NCBI GenBank assembly: GCA_949294555.1
Contig: CASFHP010000008.1
Span: 583-64,582 of the forward strand
Source: an uncultured Eubacteriales bacterium
Lineage (GTDB): Bacteria; Bacillota; Clostridia; TANB77; CAG-508
DNA length: 64,000 bases
Reading direction: 5' to 3'
Part shown: positions 1 through 9,322 of the stretch, piece by piece
Numbering within the stretch: position 1 is the stretch's first letter
How the letters are laid out: each line of letters opens with the position of its first letter
Program-made: the position numbers and the translations under genes
The notes under the pieces: generated by a model
Told to the model about the DNA's origin: nothing
The model's input: the letters and a program-made list of their open reading frames with translations, nothing else
The model's database searches: none

Positions 1-162
1 CAAATATTGGCAGAGTTAAGAGAAAAGGCAATAAGAGATGAAAAAGCAGTGGAAAGATTTGGAATAAAAAAAGTTGCAAAAAAAATGAAGGAAAAAGGTG
101 CAGATATAAAATTTATTCAGGAAGTAACAAATTTAACACAGGAAGAAATCGAGGAATTATAG
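1..162 (+). CDS. 3' end of Rpn-family (PD-(D/E)XK) recombination-promoting nuclease/putative transposase, partial
   Basis: Frame 1 reads ...LAELREKAIRDEKAVERFGIKKVAKKMKEKGADIKFIQEVTNLTQEEIEEL*, the typical Rpn C-terminal HTH-like tail. Confidence 0.7.
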   Translation, partial: QILAELREKAIRDEKAVERFGIKKVAKKMKEKGADIKFIQEVTNLTQEEIEEL

Positions 163-218
163 ACAAGATAGTAAAATTGCATGTAAATTTGTAAAAATTT
201 TATAATATATTTCAGAAT

Positions 219-258
219 ACCCTCAACATGAAGAAAGTTTGTATGTCATGTTGAGGGT
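219..258. terminator. Hairpin between convergent genes, probable bidirectional terminator
   Basis: accctcaacatga (219-231) pairs with tcatgttgagggt (246-258). Confidence 0.6.
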
Positions 259-271
259 TATAAAAAATTAT

Positions 272-1045
272 TTAAAATGTCTCAAACAGAAACGTCCCCA
301 ATTGGACATCTTCCATAGCATACATACCAGGTTGTTGGTTAACAATAAATTCAGCAGCTTTTAAAGCACCTTCTGCAAAGACATTTCTAGAATAACTAGT
401 ATGTTTAATTTCAAAAGTCTCAAAATTACCAATAAATTGAACTGTATGTTCTCCAACAATGTTTCCACCTCTAATAGAAGACATACCAATTTCATTTTTA
501 TCTCGTTTTTCATGTTTGTCATGTCTGTTATATTCACAATGAAGCGTATTTCCCAAAGACTCATTAATACTGTCCGCCAACATTTGGGCAGTACCACTTG
601 GACTGTCAACTTTTCTATTGTGATGTGCTTCAATAATTTCAATATCTGTGTTTTTTAAAAGTGGTGCTAGCCAAGAAACGATTTTTTTCATAATCATAAT
701 GTCAAAAGACATGTTTGCAGATTTGAATATAGGAATTGTTTTACTTGCTTCTTCAATAATTTTTGTTTGTTCATCTGTAAATCCAGTTGTTGCAATAACC
801 ATTGGTATTTTATTTGTTTTTGCATAATCTAATATATTTAATGTTGCAACAGGAAGAGAAAAGTCAATAATAACATCTGGCTTCACAGTGATATTTTCTA
901 TTTCTGTAAAGATTGGGAATTTTGAGTCTGAATAGCTTACTTTGTCAAAACCACCAACCACTTGCATATTTTCATTTTCTGCTATCAAATCACATACAAC
1001 ATTTCCCATTTTTCCATTACAACCATTTACAAGTACGTTTAACAT
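272..1045 (-). CDS. dapB: 4-hydroxy-tetrahydrodipicolinate reductase
   Basis: GCNGKMG Rossmann motif, ATTG, EAHHNRKVDSPSGTA, RGGNIVGEH. Confidence 0.95.
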   Translation of the reverse strand: MLNVLVNGCNGKMGNVVCDLIAENENMQVVGGFDKVSYSDSKFPIFTEIENITVKPDVIIDFSLPVATLNILDYAKTNKIPMVIATTGFTDEQTKIIEEASKTIPIFKSANMSFDIMIMKKIVSWLAPLLKNTDIEIIEAHHNRKVDSPSGTAQMLADSINESLGNTLHCEYNRHDKHEKRDKNEIGMSSIRGGNIVGEHTVQFIGNFETFEIKHTSYSRNVFAEGALKAAEFIVNQQPGMYAMEDVQLGTFLFETF

Positions 1046-1116
1046 TTTTATACCTCCATATTTTTTAGATTTATTACTTTGTATATTTGTTAGTTTATTT
1101 ACTTAATAATTTCTAA

Positions 1117-1995
1117 TTAATTTAATTTATCTAATTCCTCAATTAATTTTTGCTCTTTGTCACTACTTAATTTTGTAAGTGGCAATCTAGGAATTCCAAA
1201 ATCAAAACCAATATGATTTAAACCAGCTTTAACAGGTATAGGATTAACTTCTGAGAATAAAGCGTTTATCAAAGGTAAAGCATCTAATTGCATTTTTGTA
1301 GCTTTTTCAATATTACCATCGAAAAAACTTTGAACCATGTCATGCGTATATTGTGGTTTTACATTTGATAAAACAGAGATAACACCAAGACCACCTAATG
1401 ATAATACAGGTAGGACCTGGTCATCATTTCCTGAATAAATATATAGATTGTCTCCACATAGGTGGGCAATTTCAGCTACTTGTGATAAATTTCCACTAGC
1501 TTCTTTGATAGCAACAATGTTATCAATTTTAGATAATTCTAAACAAGTTTCTGGTAAGATATTCACACCAGTTCTACTTGGCACACTGTATAGGATAATT
1601 GGTAAAGACACACTTTCAGCAATTACTTTATAATGTTCAATTAATCCTTTTTGCGTACATTTGTTATAATAAGGTGTAACAATTAAAAGTCCATCAACGC
1701 CCAACTCTTCTGCTTTTTTGGAATTTTCAATAACTTTTTTGGTGTTATTACCACCAGTGCCTGCAATAATTGGTACTTTTCCATTTGCAGTTTTGACAGC
1801 GCAAGAAATAGTAGCGTCTTTTTCTTCTTCTGTCATGGTAGAAGATTCTCCTGTTGTTCCACACACGATAATGGCATCTACACCATTTTCAATTTGAAAA
1901 TTAATAAGTCTTTCAAACTCTTTAAGATTAACACCATTTTCATCAAAAGGTGTACTGATAGCTGTTCCACAGCCTTTGAATAAAATGTTTTTCAT
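1117..1995 (-). CDS. dapA: 4-hydroxy-tetrahydrodipicolinate synthase
   Basis: GTTGES, TPYYNK, YSVPSRTG, IKEASG, SGNDD, NPIPVK motifs; adjacent to dapB. Confidence 0.97.
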   Translation of the reverse strand: MKNILFKGCGTAISTPFDENGVNLKEFERLINFQIENGVDAIIVCGTTGESSTMTEEEKDATISCAVKTANGKVPIIAGTGGNNTKKVIENSKKAEELGVDGLLIVTPYYNKCTQKGLIEHYKVIAESVSLPIILYSVPSRTGVNILPETCLELSKIDNIVAIKEASGNLSQVAEIAHLCGDNLYIYSGNDDQVLPVLSLGGLGVISVLSNVKPQYTHDMVQSFFDGNIEKATKMQLDALPLINALFSEVNPIPVKAGLNHIGFDFGIPRLPLTKLSSDKEQKLIEELDKLN

Positions 1996-2104
1996 AAAAT
2001 CACCTGATTTTCTTTAATAGTAGATAAAAAATATATTTATATTTTTTATACATTGTCATTATATTACAAAAATAGCAAAAAGAGAATAGAAAATGAAAAA
2101 AACG

Positions 2105-2384
2105 CTTCTTAATCATGGTTATAACTTCAGGGTTTTACTTGATTAACTATAAAAAACAACGAATATATAAATATTTTTAAGAAATTCGAATGTGACCGGA
2201 ATAGTTTTACAAATTCTTAAGATAAAACCGTAAAGGGTCCTGTTTTCGGGTATTGTTGCGGTTTTATCGTTAGAATTTGTTAAACGGGAATGGAGGGTAG
2301 CCGAGAATCTTAAAAATATTTATATATTCGTTGTTTTCTAATAAATAATTTTTTAACCCTGAAGTTATAACCATGATTAAGAAG
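2105..2384. repeat. 280-bp nested imperfect palindrome (rod-hairpin family, copy A)
   Basis: 30-bp perfect IR 2105-2134/2355-2384, second 30-bp IR 2153-2182/2308-2337, third inner stem acaaattct...agaatttgt. Confidence 0.9.
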
Positions 2385-2400
2385 TGGTTTATAAACAAAT

Positions 2401-2946
2401 TTAAAATCGTATCATTAATAAACTAAAGAATACATAAGCATATCTAAAGGCTTTTCTCATGAACATTCTAGATTTTATAACTTCCAAAGTCTCAGAAACA
2501 GCACAATATTTATCCACAAACGTCAAAATCAAACCTTCAATAGAAGTTGGAAATTGTAGAGTTACTGGCCACATATGGGTTATAATCATATCTTTTTCTT
2601 TCTGGCTTAAATCAAATATTCGACTTGCATTTTCACAAGCAAGTTTACCATGTGTAAAAGCATGTAAGCCCTTTCTATCAGGTTGTCTAACTCTCCAATC
2701 ATATAAAAACAAGTCATGTAACATAGCAGCTCTAGTTGCTGAAACATAATCTAAATGATATCTTTTACATATTAAATAACAATAATAAGAAACCATATAA
2801 CAATGGTCAAAACAAGTTGTTTCATAATGTTGTCTATAATTTTTCATTTGTTGAACAGTTTCATTATTAATGAAATCATGTATAATATTTAAAAATTCTT
2901 TATTACTCAAAGTATTACATTCATTTTCAATTTTTTTCATAATCAT
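2401..2946 (-). CDS. HD-domain phosphohydrolase
   Basis: QHYETTCFDHC, AAMLHDLFLYDW, HAFTHG, HMWP, VDK motifs. Confidence 0.85.
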   Translation of the reverse strand: MIMKKIENECNTLSNKEFLNIIHDFINNETVQQMKNYRQHYETTCFDHCYMVSYYCYLICKRYHLDYVSATRAAMLHDLFLYDWRVRQPDRKGLHAFTHGKLACENASRIFDLSQKEKDMIITHMWPVTLQFPTSIEGLILTFVDKYCAVSETLEVIKSRMFMRKAFRYAYVFFSLLMIRF

Positions 2947-3063
2947 ACCTCTTACTATTCTATCATTTTTTAAAGTAAAGGTTCATTTCGTTAATAAATA
3001 TATTCTCTACCTTTTATTATACTATAAAGAGTAAAAATAGTAAATTAAATTTTTCTTAAATTA

Positions 3064-3092
3064 TTGAAGGAAAATGAGAAATATATTATAAT
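3064..3092 (+). promoter_or_regulatory. sigma70-type promoter
   Basis: TTGAAG-17nt-TATAAT upstream of the ATG at 3162. Confidence 0.55.
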
Positions 3093-3161
3093 GGTTTTAA
3101 GTTTATATTGTATAAAATGCAAATTAAGCTAATGTGCTTATATAAAGGGGATGAGATAAAA

Positions 3162-4686
3162 ATGACAGCAGGATTTAAAATTTTTTTAGGTGTGTTATTA
3201 ATCATTTTAGGCATTGGAATTTATATATACTTAAAAAGAAAAAAAGGAAATAGACAGGTAGATACATATAAAACAAATCAAATGGGAAATAATAGTACTA
3301 GAAATTCATTACAATATGATAGAAAACATAATGATTTTGTAAAATCAATGAATATTACCCATCCTGAAAAAATTGTCTTAGGTAATATTTTGATAAATGG
3401 AAAACAAGAAGAATTGTCTGCAAAATTAAAAGATAATGGATATATTTATTATCTAAATGAACAACCAATCGGGCGGATATAATCCCAATGTTATGGGAGA
3501 TAATAGGATTATTTTTAGGGAAAACACATTAGAAAATGCCCTTTCAGACCAAATAAAAGATGAAATTGTTCAAGTAATTACCAAGTCTAAAAGAAAATTA
3601 GAACAGGAAAGAGAAAGACAAGAAATTGAAACAAAATTAAAAAACCAAAATTTTTATCAAAAAGAAATGGGATATCAACAAAGTATTGGTGTAAAAAAGG
3701 AAACGAGAGAACAACAAAATAGTCAAAACAAGATAAAAGATAGAGAAAAAAATAATCGAAATCAATTTCAGGAACAGATTAGAGTACAACAAAAGAAAAA
3801 AGAAAATACAATCAAAGATATTTCAATTAAACAAGAAGTAGATATGAATACAATGGCAACAGACATGGATACGATTGGAGAACGTTTAGAAGAAGCAGGA
3901 AAGATTAAAGGAAAAGAAAAAGAAGGAAAACTTGCTTTTGTAGAATCAGATGATTTGAAAAAATTAAAAGATGAAAATGGAAATCGCTTGCAGGGGCATT
4001 CTTCAAGATATGAGGCGGTTAGTATTGATAAACATGGAAATGTAAAAGCATTGGATTTGGAAGAAGATAAACAGAAAGGAACTAATCCAACAGAAAAAAA
4101 TTATCAAGTAAAACAAAATAAAAATGAGAGCGTAGAAAAGGGAGATGTTTTAACAAGATTACAAGTGCAAGGAAATGAAACCATTGGAATTAATAAAGGA
4201 CAATATGGTGTTGTGGAAGTATATCATTCACATGATAAAACATTAGGCGGAAAAGGTGTTGAGGCCAATAGAAGTTTAGATAGAGAATTGGAAACAAAAG
4301 ATGCAAAAAATCCAGTGGAAGGTACAGACCAAGCTACACAAAAATTAGCACAAAAAAATCAAGATGGATATCGTTCAGTAGAAGAGTCTTATCAAGAGGC
4401 AAAACAACATGAAAACGCAAAAGGAGAACCTTGTGAAGAATTGAAGGTAGAAGACATAGACGGAAGTCTAAATACAGTATCACATAGTCACACAGAAGAT
4501 ATTGTCGCAAAATTGATGCAAAACGGAGAAATCAGCGATAAGTTTACGGAAAGAGAGATTAGAGAAAGAGTGGAAAATGCATGGAATAACAAAGAGGAAG
4601 ATATGAGTACCGCAGATTTTGAAAAAAATATAGAAGAAGACATAGAATTAGATGCTGAAAACATGCGAGGAGAGCGAGGAAGATAA
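3162..4686 (+). CDS. Hypothetical membrane-anchored charged protein, split across two frames by a +1 shift at CGG (3474); about 507 aa if joined
   Basis: ORF 3162-3482 has an RBS and N-terminal TM and ends GGG CGG ATA TAA. The +1 ORF 3457-4686 lacks an RBS and continues GGA TAT AAT CCC. Confidence 0.6.
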
Positions 4687-4722
4687 AATTTCTTAAAATT
4701 ATATGAAATTTTGCTAAAAAAG

Positions 4723-4751
4723 TTGCATTATTTTGCCAATAATAGTATAAT
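4723..4751 (+). promoter_or_regulatory. sigma70-type promoter
   Basis: TTGCAT-17nt-TATAAT. Confidence 0.6.
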
Positions 4752-4805
4752 GTAAAAGGTGGAATAATATTATATAGAAAGTATATTTTAAAGAGAGGTA
4801 AAAAA

Positions 4806-6068
4806 ATGGATTATTTATATATACTAAGAGAAGCTTTAGTATGGACAATAACAATATTTTGGTTGTATCAACTTGTTATTAGTTTATGTTCTTTGGTAAA
4901 ATTAAAAGACAAACCTTTAAAAGTAAAAAAAGACCATCGTTTTATGGCAATTATACCAGCACATAACGAAGAAGCTGTGGTAGGAAATTTAATCGAAAGT
5001 TTAAAAAATCAAACCTATAATAAAGACTTATATGATATTTATGTAATTGCAGATAACTGTACAGATAATACCGCAAAAATTGCAAAAGAAGCAGGTGCGA
5101 TTGTTTACGAAAGATTTGATGAAACTAAGAAAACTAAAGGTTATGCTTTAAATTGGTTTTTGCAACAAAAAATTGCAGAAGATGCACCATATGATGCTTT
5201 CTTTGTATTTGATGCAGATAATATTGTAGATAAAAACTTTATCAAAAATATGAATAAAAAATTATGCCAAGGTGAAGAAGTGGTACAAGGATATAGAGAT
5301 ATCAAAAATCCATCTGATAACTGGATAACAGCAGGGTATGCAATCTTCTATTGGCAAATGCATAGATTTTATCATTTAGCTAGATATAATGTAGGCTTAT
5401 CTCCATTATTAAATGGTACAGGATTTATGGTAAAATTTGATGTTATCAAACCACAAGGTTGGGATACAGAAACCTTAACAGAAGATATCGAATTTTCTTT
5501 AAAAAGAATTATCAAAGGTAAAAAATTAGGTTGGGCAACAGATGCAATTGTTTATGATGAACAACCTACAGGATTTAGACAAAGTTGGTCACAAAGAAGT
5601 AGATGGACAGTAGGACATATCCAATGTATCAAAAAATATACAAAGGATTTAGCAATTGCAGCAAAAGAAAATAAAAAGATGATTAATTTTGATGGATTAC
5701 TATATATTGTAGGAAGTATTCCAATGTTTATCATTACAATGGTATTATTATTTACAAACTTTGTCATGTATAATGCAGCATCTATTACAACAGCAGAATT
5801 AATCAAAAACTTAATTTGTTATTTAGTACCAACTTTCATATTGCCAATATTAGTTGGTATATTTGCAATGTGGTTAGATGGAAGAAAAATCAAACCAATG
5901 GCAAAAGGATTACTTTGTTATCCACTATTTTTACTAACATGGATATGTATCAACTTTAAGTGTTTATTTATTAGAAACACATCATGGGAGAAAATTAACC
6001 ATGTAAGAAGTATAAAAATAGCAGATGTTTCTAACGGTAAAACACAAACTGAGAAGGAATTAGTATAA
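4806..6068 (+). CDS. Glycosyltransferase family 2, processive membrane type
   Basis: IPAHNEE, DNCTD, FDADN, TED and QRSRW motifs; N- and C-terminal TM helices. Confidence 0.9.
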   Translation: MDYLYILREALVWTITIFWLYQLVISLCSLVKLKDKPLKVKKDHRFMAIIPAHNEEAVVGNLIESLKNQTYNKDLYDIYVIADNCTDNTAKIAKEAGAIVYERFDETKKTKGYALNWFLQQKIAEDAPYDAFFVFDADNIVDKNFIKNMNKKLCQGEEVVQGYRDIKNPSDNWITAGYAIFYWQMHRFYHLARYNVGLSPLLNGTGFMVKFDVIKPQGWDTETLTEDIEFSLKRIIKGKKLGWATDAIVYDEQPTGFRQSWSQRSRWTVGHIQCIKKYTKDLAIAAKENKKMINFDGLLYIVGSIPMFIITMVLLFTNFVMYNAASITTAELIKNLICYLVPTFILPILVGIFAMWLDGRKIKPMAKGLLCYPLFLLTWICINFKCLFIRNTSWEKINHVRSIKIADVSNGKTQTEKELV

Positions 6069-6089
6069 TCAAATAAGTAAGTGAAAAAG

Positions 6090-6145
6090 ATAAGTGGACG
6101 TTTTAACTGTTATTTTTTCATAACAATTAGGATTGCTCCACTTAT
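6090..6145. repeat. Intergenic imperfect hairpin
   Basis: ataagtgga...tccacttat outer stem with inner tgttat/ataaca stem. Confidence 0.55.
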
Positions 6146-6174
6146 TATTGTTGAAAAAGAAAGGAACTAAACAT

Positions 6175-7696
6175 ATGGAAAAATTGAAAAATATTAATAA
6201 AAAATACATACATATAGCAATTATCGTTATTCGGAATTATATTCATATTTTTATCAGCATTTCATGAAGATATATGGTTTGATGAAAGCTATTCTGTAGC
6301 CATTGCGAAACATAGTTTTACTGAAATATGGACTATTACAGGAAATGATGTACATCCACCTTTATATTATTGGATGTTACACATTTTATGGCTTGTTTTT
6401 GGAAATAATGTAATTGTATTTAGAGCATTTTCTGTTTTAGCAATTGCTATATTAGGTGTTTTAGGATATACCCATATACGAAAAGATTTTGGCGAAAAAG
6501 TAGGTATGTTATTTTCATTTTTAGTCTATTTCTTACCAGTTATGTGTACATATAGCCAAGAAGTTAGAATGTATTCATGGTCATGCTTAATTGTTTCATT
6601 ATTGGCGATTTATGGATATAGATTATATAAAAATGTAAAAAATAAAGATAGCTTAAAAACGCAAAATAAAAACTTAATTATATTCGGAATTCTTAGTATA
6701 GCAGCATGTTATATACATTACTATGCACTAGCAGTTGCAGGCATTGTCAACTTCTTCTTACTAATTTATTTTATCCGAAATCGAAAAGAAAATGCAAAAT
6801 TATTACGTAATTTTATTATTTTAGCAGTTATACAAATAATTTTATATATTCCATGGCTATTATACTTAAAAGGACAAGTAGCACATGTAGAAGGTGGGTT
6901 TTGGATAACATTTGGAATTAGTACATTAGTAGAAGTACCAAGTTTCCAATTTAGAAGACAATTAGATAGTACATTTGTATTTGATGCCAATACGATTATT
7001 GCCTTAGTAGCAGCATTAGCAATGTATGTATATATTGGATATAGAATGTACAAAGCTAAAAAAGAAAAAGAAGAAATGAAACCAGGCGTATTTGCTATCA
7101 TTTTATATATATTAGTTATTTTAGCAGTGCTAGTGATTTCTCTTCTTATGAAACAATCTATTTTATTTGCTAGATATCTATTAGTTATAACTGGAATTTA
7201 TGCTTTTGCCTTGGCATTTTTCATGGCAAAAGAAAAAAGAAAATGGGTAACAGGTCTTATCTATGGCATAATATTGGTATTAGGATGTATTAGTAATGTA
7301 ACCAATATCATGATAAACTATGATGAAAGCAATATGAAACAAATTGAATTTTTAAGAGAAAATATTCAGCCAGACGATATTATTGTTTATTCTAACATTG
7401 GAAATGGTGGCGTTGTTGCAGCATTTTTCCCAGATAATAAGCAATATTTCTATAATGGTGGTTATTGGGATGTAGAAGAAGCTTACAAAGCCTATGGACC
7501 TGGAATGGAAACCATATATAATTATGAAGATATTTTAAAAGATTATCATGGAAGAATTTGGCTAATTGATTCAGAAAACTGTGGCTTATATAATGAATTC
7601 CCAAAAGAAGGTACAACAACGGTTATTGAGCCAACAGAATTTAGAACAAAGTATCAGAATTATATTTATACTATTGTGTTATTGGAAAAAGAATAG
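6175..7696 (+). CDS. GT39/PMT-like polytopic membrane glycosyltransferase with +1 frameshift at CGG (6232); about 506 aa if joined
   Basis: RBS aaagga plus ATG 6175 gives MEKLKNINKKYIHIAIIVI. The +1 frame continues GIIFIFLSAFHEDIWFDESYS...DVHPPLYY into ORF 6374-7696, which carries the YSQEVRMY motif. Confidence 0.8.
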
Positions 7697-7698
7697 GG

Positions 7699-7817
7699 CT
7701 GGTTGAAAAATAATTACAATTTTGGCTACGTCAAATTTCATTTAAAACGCGGTTACATACAAAAGTATGCGCCCTTGCCTTTTAAATAAAATTTTCCTTG
7801 CATTCTTTTCCAACCAG
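7699..7817. repeat. ERIC-like palindromic intergenic element (family F, copy 1)
   Basis: Termini ctggttgaaaaataat / attcttttccaaccag, apical catac-aaaa-gtatg hairpin; related copies at 37533 and 41175. Confidence 0.75.
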
Positions 7818-7881
7818 AGTGTGAAATCTCTGGAGCAAAGTGACATTTACAAAAACGAGTATTGAGAAAGGAACGTAATAA

Positions 7882-9231
7882 ATGCGAGGAAAAAGTGCAA
7901 AAGCATTAATCATTAATATTATTACATTTATCATTTTATGTATTGCCTTGTATTTGGCATACCAATTTTATCAAGGAAATAATTTTAATGATTTTATACG
8001 AAGTGAAGCACAATTACATACATCAGAATTTAAAAGAGATACAGAAGTGAAATATTCAGATGTGAATAGTTATAAAATTACTTCTACAGAATTCAATGAT
8101 GCTATGTTTTCAAAAGTAGTACAAGTAGAACCAAATACACCCTATAGAGTTACTTGTATGATAAAAACAAGTGGGGTGACTGGAGACAAAACCTCATCAG
8201 GTATAGGAGCACAAATCGCAATATCAGATACAACAGAACGAAGTGTTGCCATTAGTGGAGATAGTGATTGGCAAGAAGTAGAATTTATCTTTAACTCTAA
8301 AAATAGAGAAACAGTAGATATCGCATTTCGATTAGGTGGAACAGAAGGATATGCAAAAGGAGAAGCATGGTTTTCAGACTTTAAAATTGAGCAAGGACAA
8401 GCAGAAGAAGATAGCAATTGGAATTTTGCATGTTTTATCTTTGAGAACACAAATGTCAATATAGACAATCAACAAATCAACATACAAGTAACCAACAACG
8501 ATGTTACAGACATTAGAAACACTATAGATAGATTTGAAACAGCTTGTAATGAACTATCAGAAGGAAAAATGACAGCCGAATGTGATATTTATCAAATAGA
8601 AGCACCAATAACCTCTTTATCTTATGATGAAGAATTTGGATATTATGTATCTCCAGAGGATATCGAACAACAAATAAAAGATATTATAAATGAAAATAAC
8701 TATGACCATATTTTTGCGGTTGTGAGACTAGGAAATGAAGAATATGAAGATGATATTGAAATAAAAGATTGGATAGGGTTAGGCTCTATGGATTACTATG
8801 GAATTGGATTTTCGAATATTCGATTGCCAAATAGTTCAAAGAGTTATATTTATAAGTATGATAGAAGAGTAAACCAATTTCCAGAAGAAGTATTTTTACA
8901 TGAATTTCTACATTCTCTAGAAAGAACGGCAAAAGAATATGGATATAGTATACCAGCATTACATGATTACAAAAACTATGGATATGAAAACGAATATTTA
9001 ATAGGACAAAGAGAATGGTATAAAGACTACATGAACCAAGCAATTGCAACATCAGAAGGTTATGTAGGTCTACCAAATGAAATATACACCTTAAAACCAG
9101 CAAAAAAATCTAATTTTGAATATGCATACACATTAGAAGAAGTATACCAAGAACCACAAAATTTCATAGAAGAAATTAGAGGTATATTTGCGAATTTATT
9201 CAGGAATATTAGATTGATATTTGTAAATTAG
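7882..9231 (+). CDS. Membrane-anchored protein with CBM4/9-like domain and zincin HEXXH motif
   Basis: N-terminal TM; VEPNTPYRVTCMIKT...WQEVEFIFNS...GEAWFSDFKI is carbohydrate-binding-like; VFLHEFLHSLE. Confidence 0.55.
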   Translation: MRGKSAKALIINIITFIILCIALYLAYQFYQGNNFNDFIRSEAQLHTSEFKRDTEVKYSDVNSYKITSTEFNDAMFSKVVQVEPNTPYRVTCMIKTSGVTGDKTSSGIGAQIAISDTTERSVAISGDSDWQEVEFIFNSKNRETVDIAFRLGGTEGYAKGEAWFSDFKIEQGQAEEDSNWNFACFIFENTNVNIDNQQINIQVTNNDVTDIRNTIDRFETACNELSEGKMTAECDIYQIEAPITSLSYDEEFGYYVSPEDIEQQIKDIINENNYDHIFAVVRLGNEEYEDDIEIKDWIGLGSMDYYGIGFSNIRLPNSSKSYIYKYDRRVNQFPEEVFLHEFLHSLERTAKEYGYSIPALHDYKNYGYENEYLIGQREWYKDYMNQAIATSEGYVGLPNEIYTLKPAKKSNFEYAYTLEEVYQEPQNFIEEIRGIFANLFRNIRLIFVN

Positions 9232-9322
9232 ACAATTGGGGCCAGGTTGCTTTTTGTATCTTTTTTGTCGAAAAAAGTCGTAATACATTATATTTAGTAA
9301 AAGATGATACCTTGAGAAAGGA

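Noticed and set aside
9232-9322. preQ1 riboswitch upstream of queA
   Set aside because: No recognisable preQ1 stem-loop with A-rich tail; the region begins with a degenerate family G repeat
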